Shown one piece after another: positions 23,110 to 35,739 of a stretch of DNA of 64,000 nt. The stretch is from Octopus bimaculoides (taxonomy: Eukaryota), in assembly GCF_001194135.2 (NCBI RefSeq), contig NC_068992.1, positions 29,591,141 to 29,655,140 of the forward strand. The letters are read 5' to 3'. A model generated the notes under the pieces. That model made no database searches, was not told the origin of the DNA, and saw only the letters and a program-made list of their open reading frames with translations. Position 1 is the stretch's first letter. The number at the start of each line of letters is the position of its first letter. The translations under genes were made by a program, and so were the position numbers.

Positions 23110-23875
23110 TTTATTAATCAGTAAGTGTTCACAAATGTCTTTGAGGACGAAACAATACAACGTGGGTTTGCATAAAATGAAGCGTGTAAACAGTGAAAAC
23201 GATAAGTAAATTGATTTTAACAATGAAAACTTCCGCAAAAGAGAGTCAGACTTCGTAGGACAACTCGTGGGAACCCTACAGAGACACGGGAAATTTGACT
23301 ACTTGGGCATGTGTCCTCTCCACATCGTCCTACTTCAATGTACAGACTCCTGCTTAGAGTAGGCACGCTCACTCTGATCTTTCCACATATCCCCACTTGT
23401 TAATAAAATTGCTTGGAGGCAGCACTTCTCAAATCTTCCTTTTCAAGTGAAACTTCAAAAGGTTGATGTGGGCTTCGTTAAAAAGGAAAATATCTGTCTT
23501 CAGCACTCTCAAACTTTTTTGCTAAGGTTACCAAAGAAACACAACCTGCGCTTCCCGGCAAAATGAAGGCGGTGGTACGATCTTTACAATGGATTCAGCT
23601 GATAATTAGACCTGTCTTTCACGTAATATCAGGTGTTCAATATGAACTCACAATTCAGCAATCCTCGGGCACTGGACGAGAGCGTGCAGAACAGTTTCGT
23701 CTCTGTGTGTGCACCAAGTGGAAATCCGGATGATGGCACTTCCATACTCGTAGTGTTTATTCCGAACAGGCAATGCCCTCCCCGGCAACATTATCAATGG
23801 GTCTCGGACTGAAAGTCCTCCTGAACAGACCAGCCAGTTGATTCTCGACGCTCACATTTCGTTTAGGCGACATCA
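23110..23875 (-). mobile_element. Tx1/L1-clade LINE, 5'-truncated 3' fragment
   Basis: Minus strand ~23655-23785 translates PGRALPVRNKHYEYGSAIIRISTWCTHRDETVLHALVQCPRIAEL*, resembling the Tx1 ORF2 C-terminal CCHC knuckle (LPVRxxL…CxxC…ETxxHxxxxCP) with the first Cys lost. AATAAATAAAA precedes the simple-repeat tail. Confidence 0.8.
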
Positions 23876-23879
23876 TTGA

Positions 23880-24115
23880 TCCTAGCACTCAACTGGTACT
23901 TATGTTATTGACCCCAAATGGATGAAATGTAAAGTCGACCATGGCAGAATTTTAAATCTGAAAGTAAATATGGAGGAAATGTTGCTAAACATTTTGCCCA
24001 GCCTGCTAAAAGTTCTTTCAGCTCGGCAATGATACTGATGGTTCCAAATTTTGGCACTAGGCCAGTGATTTCTGAGAAGTGGGGAAGTCGATTCCATCGA
24101 CTTCAATGCTCAGTA
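23880..24115 (-). mobile_element. Two adjacent partial SINE family B pieces
   Basis: Head-side piece at 23880-24030 followed by a tail-side piece (ttttggcactaggcc…gtcgattccatcgac) at 24040-24115. Confidence 0.7.
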
Positions 24116-26862
24116 ACAATACCTAAGTAAATATTAAGGTCAAGTCTTTATATAAAATGATAAACAAATATCAAGTTTGAAATAGTTCTGAAAGACCAAC
24201 TACTTAAGTTATCCGATAAGTTATTTTGTTGTTTGATTCTACCTTTGCGAGATCTTTGGAATTTTTCGACCGTAAAATTGACAGTGTTGTGTATTTGAAA
24301 AGAGATTTCTTTTATTGTTTTACTCCAGAGCTGTATGGTTGGAGAATAATAGATTCATCAGATTAAGTTACTTAAGATATAGTTAATGTGTATTTTCTTT
24401 ACTGGTTACAAAGACTTTACAACAATACAGTCATTTTAGTCACAACATACAATCGCGGATATAATCACTTTCCAAACAAGTATACCTGCAGAACACACAT
24501 AGATATTCTTAAACAAATAATACTCACAACCGTTCTTTTTTACTGTGTTATCTGCAAAAGATAAAATGATAAAATACATTGTTAGAACAATGATTTCACT
24601 CAACTTTCATCAACAGGAATATAAAGGAATAAGAAATAAAATTATATTTATTATGCCACTAGAAAATTGAGGAAATTTTGTAGCGCAGCAATAAATGAAA
24701 AGCATTATATGAAGCACCATATGTTGGAAACATTTAAAGCATCTTGATTAAGAACCAGAGAAATGAACGGTATAAATGTCTCAAAAGATGGAAGCAAGTC
24801 AGCATTAGTTTTAACAAGATTCCCTTTAAGTAGTGTCTCAAATGTCACGAAGGGGTTGACATAGTAATAACCTTTAGTCAAACTAATCTAACCATACAGA
24901 AATATATTTTTAGCTGTTCGATGACTTTAGGGACACTGTACAATATAACTCGCTTAGAAATGACTGCAAACATTAATCTATCTCTTGATATTTATATCAA
25001 TAATTTGAGAAATCTTCTCCGGTTCGTAATCAAAATGACAGTCTTTATAGATTTGAATCTTAGTTTAATGTCACATAACAAGTAAGATTATACGAATAGG
25101 ATATTTTAATGGCTAAAGCTTTTTAAAGTCATTCTAGGGTCAACTCCTTTCATATTGAATCTACTGACAAAGTTAGATTTCACCTTCATAGCTGAACTTC
25201 CTTTACTGATCCTCAATATATTAGTAATTAAATGCTATCAATGTACTTTCGCCTCTTTAATTTACGGATGAGGATTACCACTTCAAATGTATGATAGTAG
25301 ATATTAATATTCTACGGATTTTGGTTTACACAGTAATTCTATTTACTAACAGATACATATTTATCTACAGAATGATGAAAAACAAACTGTTGGTCAAGAG
25401 GTTAGATTTTCTTACAAGAATATTATATGTTATTTATTCAGAAACGTTAACTTGCAATTTTGTGGTTCAAATCCAACATGTACACGCAACACATTTATTA
25501 CTATGATATCAACGTTATAATTATAAGATTCATTAAAGTTGATTAAGCATGGGGTATACAGATGAGAGATTTTGCTGTTCAGGTCATGGCTTCTTGTAAT
25601 CTTATTGAATAATGTCAGAGTAGATTTCAGTAGGTTCCCTATGACGGAAAGCATTCCACCCATTGTTAATATAATGAAAGAGGGATAATTTGCGGATCAA
25701 TGCACTAATCCTACTTAGTAATTAAAATCTGGATAGTTAAGACAAATAAAGTTTATAACTTTATTGATAACGAAAAGTTAGTTAATTCATGAGGTGAGGC
25801 AGTTCAAACAGTGGAGAGAAACCCAATGACAGTCTTTTCATTTATCAGAGATCTCATAATCTATTACGCTGTGATACACGGTTAACGAAATATTTGCGTA
25901 TAGTACATCTTAGGCAGGCCCATTTACCTCAGCAAAACCTTCGGAAGTTACTGAAACCAGTATTGTGACAATACACATCGATTCCATAATCATTAGTTTG
26001 CGTAATTAAATCAGTGTTTATTCACACATACGGGGTTATAAGGCATTAAAGTGTGTTTTGGATTTAAATGCATTGCAAGACAAGCAACGAGTACGAAGCA
26101 GAAACCATTCAACACGATCATGCACGAACTCTCCTTGGTTATAATACTAGTTTAGACACATAGGTGAAAGAGATTAAATGTACACAAAAGTTTCACAAGT
26201 AAATAATGGGAAGCTGGAAAACATCTCAAGGCAATATTTAACCCTCATGAGTTAGTGCTATAAATTTAATACGAAAGAGATTAGGAACAAATTAATTAAA
26301 CATTATTTTATTTTATTTTTTACAGCTTCCTCAATTGGGCCGTAGTTAACGTGGAACATCACCTTATAAAGTATAGACACTTTCAATCTGCCTAGTAGGT
26401 ATGTAATCGAATAGGAAGGTTGGAGTGCAAAATGGATCTAGGTAGATATACGTAGACGCAGGCATACACCCACACAGGCATAAACAAACACATACAAAAT
26501 ACACTAGGCCTGCCATGTAAACAGACCTTGTAAATTCGACATGGCTTTCTTTTTATTTCATTTAATATAATTTTTATCTTCGATAAAGTGTATAACCCGA
26601 AACAAAAGAATTTCTAATATGTCTTTCATCTATGCATTTATTTTCATTGTACACATTCCCGTACTGCTGTTCTTTCATTTCGTATTTCCATACCATATTC
26701 GGCTTTCTGACTTACCATTAAAATTGTCAGAATCGTGTAACTTACGGTTTTAAATGTATGTGTTTTGACGACTCTTCATCGCATAACCGTACTAGTTGTA
26801 TTGGGATTATTGTAATCTACTATATGTTTGTGTGTGTGTGTGTGTGTATGTGTGTTTGTGTT

Positions 26863-26907
<45 letters not shown>

Positions 26908-28299
26908 GGGATAAAGATTTTCTGTCTGTGTGTGCACGATGTGTTTTCACATAGTTTCTGGAAGATTCCACACAGCTTCTCAACCTTCTAAGAATAGCAG
27001 CCAATCAGTCTGAGGACGCATACTGCGGTTTCAAAAATGGACGAAAAAGCATAGTGGAAAATATAAGCCTAGATACTCCTTAAAAGAAGGGATACTCACA
27101 GGAAGTATGACTTCAGCTATATATTTACCCATTCAGAATTCGCTTGGAGATAAACGACCAACAATGAAAAGTTTCAGTTAGAAAGACTTCGTTCATTCCA
27201 GGTTTCGGAAAATATATTTGCACAACTAGCCACAAAGTAGGACCGAACTGCAATCCAAATGATTGCCAAATAAACTCCTTAATCACAATGCAATTAAAAA
27301 AAAGCAAGAGTCATGTAATAATATCCACGTTGGATATTATTGATATTTAATGTATTCAGACTATGAATGTGGTCACACAAAGAAGATTGGTTCATCGACA
27401 TGGTGAAATAGAATATTATTTAAGAACATGGGGGGTAACGTCAGATAAATATTGTCTTTCATTGAGGTAAAATTTAAAACTGTTAACGGCATAATAAACC
27501 AGTATATATGATAGATTGCGCGACTACAGTTGCAAATAAATTCATATTACTAAAATATAAAAAGAAATATTTAAAATATTAAATGGAAATATGGTTTATT
27601 CTTCCTATTGAGAAATATAAATATTGAGAGAAACGCAATTTCACTAAAAGTGTAATGGTCTAACAAACTAAAATGAAAAACATATCTCTAAATTTTAATA
27701 TTATTTTTTTTACTGATTTATACTGTCTAGACATTCTTTTTAATTACATATGGCATAATTAATAGGCTGCCAGTCACTTGGCTTCGATTATTTCTATTAC
27801 ACTTAATGTCACAATTACACGCATGCGAAATAGTTTTAATTTAAAATCTTTACAGACTGCTGTGAGCACGAGAACAACTTGAATGAATAACTTCTCAATA
27901 AATAGTTCAATACATATTTAAATAATTACATATATAAACATCGCTAAACAAAGTCCGCATCGTAATTCGCAATGGAATCTGCACACGCAATGTACTACTG
28001 GATAAAGGGACTCTTACAATTCTTTATAATTACAAAGATTTCCACAATTCTTTTAGTTTTGTGCAGAGTAAATTATTGATGAGTTTTAAGATATCCATAT
28101 AAAGTATGCCAAGAGAAACACACATACGTAATTAAATACAAGCACATACACACAGTCAAGCACATATAAACACATGTACATACACACATACTCACATCCC
28201 TCTCTCCCTCACACACACTCGCATATGTATGTGTGCGCGTGGGTGTTTGTGCATGTGTATGTGTGTTTCTTTGTGTATGTGGGTATGTGTTTGTGAGTG

Positions 28300-28333
<34 letters not shown>

Positions 28334-28507
28334 NNNNNNNNNNTCCTCTCTTTCTCTCTACGTCTATATATATATATATATATGTATATATATGTATATA
28401 AGTATATATGTATATATATACATATATATGTATATATATTGATACATACATACACACACACACGCAAACACATACACACACACACATATATATATATGTA
28501 TGTGTGT

Positions 28508-28552
<45 letters not shown>

Positions 28553-28622
28553 TAGTTACATTCTGAAATATCACATTGTTACAAGTTTATGTCACCATTA
28601 ATCATGCAACTGGAGTAGTTTC

Positions 28623-29152
28623 GGCACCGTCATGCTATTAGCTGTCAGAAGTGAAAGTGCTCACTGCTAGTGAAGTATCTGTCTGTCTGCCTGCATGCCT
28701 GTTGCTTCCCTGTCGATTCTTTGGCTACTGACAGCTAATACCATGACTGGCCGGAGCGAGCTATCTGTCTAGCAGAGTGGTCCCGAACGCGCAGTCGCGC
28801 GTCCGCGCTAGCTAGTCGTGAGTGGTCGATCCTATTATTTTGAAACTTCAAGCTTCATTTGTTTTCTATTTTGATAAATTCTCTCTGTTGAAAATTATCT
28901 TTTTATATTTTAAATAATTTGCAATTTCAGGAAATATGTTTTTATATTAAATTTGTGTTTTCTAATAAGGTGGACGAGTGATTGATAGATAGATAGATAG
29001 ATAGATATCAGTAAGTAAGTAAGGCAAAGTATCAACTCAAACCAGCAGGCAGACAGACAGACGGACACAGCAACAGGCATGCAGGCAGACAGACAGATAC
29101 TTCACTAGCAGTGAGCACTTTCACTTCTGACAGCTAATAGCATGACAGTGCC
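28623..29152. mobile_element. MITE, 530 bp, ~84-bp near-perfect TIRs, perfect 8-bp TSD (Merlin/IS1016-like; hAT, P or Mutator not excluded)
   Basis: TSD GTAGTTTC at 28615-28622 and 29153-29160. TIR GGCAC(C/T)GTCATGCTATTAGCTGTCAGAAGTGAAAGTGCTCACTGCTAGTGAAGTATCTG… has one mismatch over ~84 bp. Confidence 0.92.
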
Positions 29153-29994
29153 GTAGTTTCCAATGAGGGCAGAATTTACAGACAGAGTTTTAGGTTAAAA
29201 ATAATGAAATAAACCTAATTAAAAATGGAAAATTGCACTTTAGAATAAAGTCTGCTCAAATGTAAAATAAAATACATAAGATGTAGATGTCTGTATAACA
29301 TAAGATAAAAATATATGTAGGAAGCATAGATACAAAAGCATTTATGGAGTCACAAAGAGATATTTCAAACACACATAGTTAAACATACAGTCGTACATAC
29401 GCATTCAGGTACATAGAAAAAATGATCTATATATAAATGTCTGTTATACATATATCAATGCACAAATGTACATAGTCACACATATTTAATAAGTATAGTT
29501 ACACTTGTCTTTTTAATATACTTTCTTGGAAACATGCTACTGAGTAAGGTAAAATAAACTATTACAATGTAGAAATCACACAAAATGTCTCTCATATACA
29601 GATGGATATTAATGTGTACCAGCGAGGTCGATCAACCTCCAACAAATGTCTTCCAAATCACTCATACTGCCTTTAAAAATCGATGGTCCTTATTGGATTA
29701 TGTTGTAGCATAGAAAAGATACCTGAATAAAGGTTACGAATAAATAGCCTTTGATCAAAGCATTCCTTTATTATGGTTGATCTGAGAAAAATTGACATCT
29801 TACTTACTGCAAAAACAACTAAAACCAGTCATTCATAGAGACATATAGATTTACATACAGATGTTGACAAACATTAGGCATACACAATATAAACACATGT
29901 AGATAAACGCATGATGTAAGCGAAAACCTGGTTATAATTTTTTTTTAGATAAAAGGGAATCGAGAAGTGATGCATGAAATTATGAGTAAGATTG

Positions 29995-30140
29995 CAACTG
30001 AAGAAGGAGGAGGAGAAGGAGGAGAAGAAAAAGAAAAAGAAGAATAAGAAAAAGAAGAACATGATGAAGATGATGATGATGATGATGACGACGACGACGA
30101 CGATGAAGATGATATAAAAGAAAAGAAGAAGAAAATGAGA
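29995..30140. repeat. Compound (GAA/GAG)(GAT)(GAC) tract
   Basis: Directly visible. Confidence 0.9.
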
Positions 30141-30539
30141 GAATAATATGCGAGTTATTACGATACAATAATAGGCATACAGGCTTTCTAACGTGCTAGC
30201 GGAGGAGGAAAACTGAGTGAAAGCATTCAAACGATAGAAGTGATGAAGTGTGAGGGAGAGGAAGGGAAAACTATAAACCGATTTTTCGTAAAGAAATATC
30301 CGGGTTCTCAAGGAAATTTCAAAGAGCTTGGGATTTCAAAAATATTTCAAAGACAGTTTAAATCTTCGTAGAGGATTTTCGCATTATCAAAAGATTTTAT
30401 AAACCAACCTGTGGCAAGTATAAAATTTCTCATGATAACATTTATATGTTTGTAACTGTACGCGTGTGTATGTTACATGTTTATTGCATTAAGAGAAGAT
30501 CCACCATTAAAGGTATTGATACAGGACTGAATGATATTT

Positions 30540-31400
30540 TGCACTGACAGGTGTATGCATACTTAGATTTGACTTACCATACCAGTCCGTACAAATATTT
30601 CTTACCGATACCCGTTTGAGTGTCATTTCAAATGTATCCTAAATGGACTGATCAGTCATATTACCAAGAGGTATTATATCCGGCCCGTTCCTTCTTAACG
30701 ATATAAAGCAGGGCTTTTCCCATTGCACACATTTTGTTTAACATAAATTTTTTTTCTGAAATATTCCACGCCATAAAGCACTGGTAACACGTTTAAGCAC
30801 TGTACAAAATGTCATGATCGATGAGGAAGTTTCGACTAAGCCAATGGCTTATTTGAACATTTGCAGTATCGCTTGTGTTTAGAAAGAAATTGTCGTCTGG
30901 GCACTAAAACGAAAGTGTCACACTGTGGCTCTCCTTTATGATTGAGAGTCGCAGATCCCATGCCACTCCCATTTGTGGAACGGAAACAGTTTTAAATACA
31001 CTGTTCCAAGAGGAAAATGCAGTTTATTGGGAAGGATAAAATATCAACACAGAGATCCTGCGACGATGCAACACTACGCGTATTGAATTCATCATAATCG
31101 AAGAACAACTGCTTTGGCCTGGAAATTGTGTCACAAATTGTTCCAAATAAATCAGCAGAACTCGTCGTCAATGCCACTCTAAAGTTTGTAAAGTCTACCT
31201 AACAATATGGAAAACATGAGCCGTCAACCAGTCACATATATGGAAGATATGCTACGATGTAACCCCGTGCTTAGTGAAGCATGCAGCAGCGCAAATATTA
31301 GCCCACTGTAAAGAGCGTCACGCCTCCTGAAGCAAGCAGCCTATACCGTCATCTTACGCATGCACTGAGCATGAGTACATTTCTCTGAGTGCTCAATGTA
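30540..31400 (+). mobile_element. RTE-clade LINE RT remnant (frameshifted, internally deleted)
   Basis: Plus-strand fragments PFLLNDIKQG (~GVKQG), IDEEVST, ALLYD*ES (~TLLYGCE) and YWEG*NINTEILRRCNTTRIEFIIIEEQLLWPG (~WQDxxTNxEVL…IExxxxxxQLRWxGH) occur in the RTE order. Confidence 0.78.
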
Positions 31401-32110
31401 CTGTGGAGTTATCTCAAATCTAGGCATTACCATAGCATGTATTTTTAATGGATTCAATGCATATACAGATACAGTGCATTAGATTAGATGATTTGGAATG
31501 AATTATCAGTCATGTTTATTGGTTAGTTCATGATTCAAAAAATTCTTAAGAGTTAGTTAAATGTAAAATATATTTTCATTGGTGCAAAACCTGTCATCAA
31601 ACTTCTTGTAGTTTGAGGAAACTCGTCCTTTGTTCAAATGGAGTAAATTTCTATTTGAAGTCACCGATTCTACGAGATTCTGTTGCACGTTCAGTAAACA
31701 TGTAAAACACCTCTCGCTGATTTATACAAGTTAATTTTTTTTTAGTGCAGTATAGAATTATATACTTTTCTTGCTTTCTTCAGAAAATGCAGCTTTTATT
31801 TTTATCTCTATTTGCACCCCATTCAAGACTTATCCTGCAGGCTCAGCGTCTTATTATTTTTTTTTCCTGTTTTGCCAAAACAAACCGTTTTAATTTCGTT
31901 AGATAAGGGATTGCCTTTTACATACAGAAATCCACGAAAAATAATTTGTTGAAGTTTCACCGAGGATCAGACTAAACTCTGAGATCCATATTATTAAAAG
32001 CAATTGCAACTGTGCCTTTTCCATTATTTTTTTGCTTCAGGAAATATATAAATGCTACGTTGTTCAAAGTGTTCCTCCATTCTTTTAGAAGAGAATAGGT
32101 TGTGATTTTC

Positions 32111-32150
32111 TAATCGCTCGCCCCGCTGGGAATAGCGGGGTGAGCGATTA
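32111..32150. other. GC-rich 17-bp stem with 6-nt loop
   Basis: TAATCGCTCGCCCCGCT-GGGAAT-AGCGGGGTGAGCGATTA, one G:T pair. Confidence 0.9.
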
Positions 32151-33926
32151 TATTTATCAGGGAGAGGCTTGAAGTATCGTGTTTAATTGAGAATTTTTAT
32201 AGGTATCATTCATTGGTATTAAGCAATTTTTGGGTATTTAACACCAGGGTGAATTTTTCTATGAGTTATCGATTATGGTGTGTGCATCATGATATCACGG
32301 CACTTGAATAATAATCTACAGTATTTAACTGAGAGCATTTATCTTGGAAATACTTCGGGATTTTCAGCATTAACCTATACTTTCATTGCATGAAGTATCA
32401 TATTACTGTGTAATTTATTTCTACCGTGCTTATAAAGCAACTCCTCAGACTAGTTGTATTCTGAACATAGATGTAACACGTAATCGGTTACATGTAGAAG
32501 AAAAGCTATAGAAACAAATCATATTTACACTTGATTGTATTGGGATTAGAAACACAAAAGAATAATCTAACCGATGTATAATCAATAAATTGTAAGCTGA
32601 ACGAAACCAGTAGGGATTTGCATATTCTGACATCGTATATAAGTTTCTCTGGTATGTGTGCTATTTCAAAACTGATATATCTCTTAACAAAAATAAACTA
32701 TTTGAAGAAACATACTACTCTACATTCTAAAATTAACATACAAATAATGTGAAGTTATTATTTTTCGAATAAAATACAAAAAAAAACCTTCTTAATTTCA
32801 ACTATTACGTATGGACGAAAAATGAAAAATGAAAAAGACAAAAAGCAAAGGAAACAAAACCCGAATTACTAACTGGAAATTTCAAGTAATATATGCCAAA
32901 CGTCTTGAATTTAATTAGAACAAACAAGATTGGAGGAGTCTCCTTATCCCAAAGAAATTAATTCACTGAATGCAAAAAATAAAAAGTAGCTGATTTTGAA
33001 ATCGGGACGATAGTAACTTTGATAATGACTAGCAAATACAGTTTTAAAAGTTCTCATGAGTTTCTTTTTGTGTTATAGAAAATTCGAAAGGCAATCTTAT
33101 TATTTCTGAGTAGAAGGACGTTTTACGTACGCAATCAATAAGACTTATATTAAAACCAGTACGTTTTGATGAGATATTGATCTGCAGAAAGTGAAAGAGC
33201 GCAACATAACAAAAAACTATTTAGATTTGCAACAAAATAAGTAGACGAATAAAAGAATGTAATCAAGACTCAACTAGACAGAAGGGATTTATTTGAAACC
33301 GGAAAAAGTATTGCAAGGGGATTATATGGTTTAAGAATTGAAGATAATGGGCAGGCATACGAAAAGTATGCTGAAAAGCTTATGTCAATATAAAACTATA
33401 CGATCCTTTGAAAAAAAAAAATCAATTTGGAGAAAAGAAATCTCATATTTGTTATTTTTTTTATAATTTGTTAGAGCAAGTTAAGTATTTTTTGTTTTAA
33501 TAGTTTCTAAAACATAAAACAACTCATGTCGTTACAAGTGATATTTAAGAAATATATACTTTAAATAAAAACAGATTACTCTACTTTCCTAGTGCACATG
33601 ATTGTATGTAAGAGTACTCCAATTGTTATAAAAAAATTCTCATTAATAATAATAATGATTGTAACGATTATTTATCGTAAGGTATGAGAATTATTTCATA
33701 TAAAATTTCTGGTTTCATACTTTCTTCAGGTATCAAAGAGCAACCTATTGTACCGTGTCTCACAAAAACGAATGAGATATCGATCTATACTTTCTGCAAA
33801 CTGGATTCTTCGCGTCACACTTCTGAGACAAAAATTATATTTTATGAAAGGCATCGATGGTACACATTCCTACTTTGTTATGCGAGTTCATACATATGTC
33901 AATATGTATGTGGGCGCTCATGTATA

Positions 33927-33978
<52 letters not shown>

Positions 33979-34439
33979 TATGCACTTTTGTTTAGGTCTT
34001 CTGTCTTTTTCCATTCTCTCCTGTAGATCTTTAAAAAAATATCATCGTTATTTAAAGTTTTTCCACTGTCAGTACTTCAAATATATTTATCCATTGGTAC
34101 TAGTAAATACTCATTTCTCTCCAATGAAAATTCCTGCCCAAGATGTTATGTGACGGAATTGAGGGATAATTGCTGGACTGCAGACAGAGAACGTCATTCA
34201 CCCAACAAAATATTGATTTTCCTACGATGAAATTTATCTACCTTTTGCGTGATACTGTATGTTGTTGGTATTTAGAAAGGGTAATCTCTCTTACTAGGTT
34301 TCCATATTGGCAAAATATGATTTCGATAATCTGCTGTTCTCTGAGAAAGAAGGTTCTGCGTTTACTTGTTGAACAACCTGCTCAAAACTGATATGTTTAT
34401 AGTGATTATATGCATGTGCTGTGCATTATGTTCGTTTCA

Positions 34440-34565
34440 CCAACAAATCGACGTGTGTGCCACACGTTAGGTGCCGAAGAAATTACAGAGCAGCACTCCA
34501 GGAATTGACACCACGATCACGCAATCAGGGCTGCGTCTCCTAAACCACTAGGACATGCGCTCTCA
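34440..34565 (-). mobile_element. Diverged tRNA-derived SINE head (family other than A, B or C)
   Basis: Minus strand gagagcgcatgtcctagtggtttagg…gtggtgtcaattcctgg has A/B-box spacing. Confidence 0.5.
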
Positions 34566-35739
34566 TGCGAACTCATAAATTACTAAAAGTATAGATATGT
34601 TATGAGCGCAGATTATAGATATGTGACTATGATGTTCGGTTCGTAAGCACATCATTTGGTGACACTGAGCAATACGAGTCGATCAACGCCCGGTAAGAAA
34701 AAATTGTAGCTAGAAACGTTGTCAAAATACATAAGAACAATTGCGTCTTTTATTCGTTTTTACTTTCATTATCTCTGCATTGCTTTTAACAGACAATTCG
34801 GTGGTCTGCGTTAGCATTTTATCTTGTACATCGGGAAGCTGAAAGCAGTCATGTGTGCTGCACCTATTTCTCTACGTAGGTGATAAAAATAAGTCAAGAA
34901 AGAACGACTTACGTGTCGCAGAAAATAAATACTATAATTCTGAGTAAATGCTATAAATATTTTTTAAGAAGACCTTTAAGCAATGCAGGTGCAAAGATAG
35001 GTAACATATGCAAAGAAGATATTTTATCACCCTACATAAGTTGCTCCGTTCGGAAAATCTTTTAATCAATTATAATACATAAAATAATCTAAGAGATTGG
35101 AGTGTTATTATCGGCAGGTCATTCTGGTGTGTTGTGACGGAAAGCAATGATGGATTACTGTATTTATATTTATGGCTAGTAAAGATAAATACTATCAGTA
35201 GTAGCAGCTAATGTGGTGTGTCATTAGAAGCAGTAGCAGGTATCCTGATAATTAGAATTTTTGTGGGTGTGCAAAGGAGTAGTGTGAAAAGCCACAGGAA
35301 AATAGCTGAACGAGAAGGTAAGATATTTAGATATTTACTATGTTTATGAAATAAATAAATAAATAAATAAGCGGTGATAAAATGAAGCAAAATAAGTTAG
35401 TAAAGTGTATAAAAGAGTGTTGAGAAAGATCACTGGGTAATATCTGAACTTTGCGGTATGCTTCCATAGCAGATTAACAGAAAGAAATTAACCGTGTTCG
35501 TAAAGGAAAAGTTATGTTAAGCTTTTAGGTGTTGTAAGGCATGATGTAACGATGTGGTGAATATGAGTGAGGAATAAGTAGAAAGAGAAGTAAATATGTA
35601 TGTGTAAGAGGATGGTAAAGTGAAGTGGTTTGAAAAACCAGTCTTGCCTTTTCACTTTGGAACTCCTGTTAATACCTGCTCTATGTTACTTCATGCAAAA
35701 AAGACTGCTTAATTCTCGAGTTACCAACATTTCGGTGAG

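Noticed and set aside
24700-25980. Possible CR1/L2 RT remnants (VFIDL… on plus; TRSHDL… on minus)
   Set aside because: Motifs are too decayed to support by eye. Needs a profile HMM search.
30992-31177. Minus-strand ORF MALTTSSADLFGTICD… as a host exon
   Set aside because: It is antisense to the RTE remnant recognised on the plus strand.
33750-33865. Possible short mariner-type MITE (TACCGTG…GATGGTA)
   Set aside because: The putative TIRs match too poorly.
34150-34400. Minus-strand RTE-like fragment (DKFHRRKINILLG)
   Set aside because: One short motif only, insufficient for a feature call.
35100-35700. Purine-skewed block as the 5' part of the R4-like element
   Set aside because: No RT motifs in frame. 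More likely an unrelated decayed repeat.
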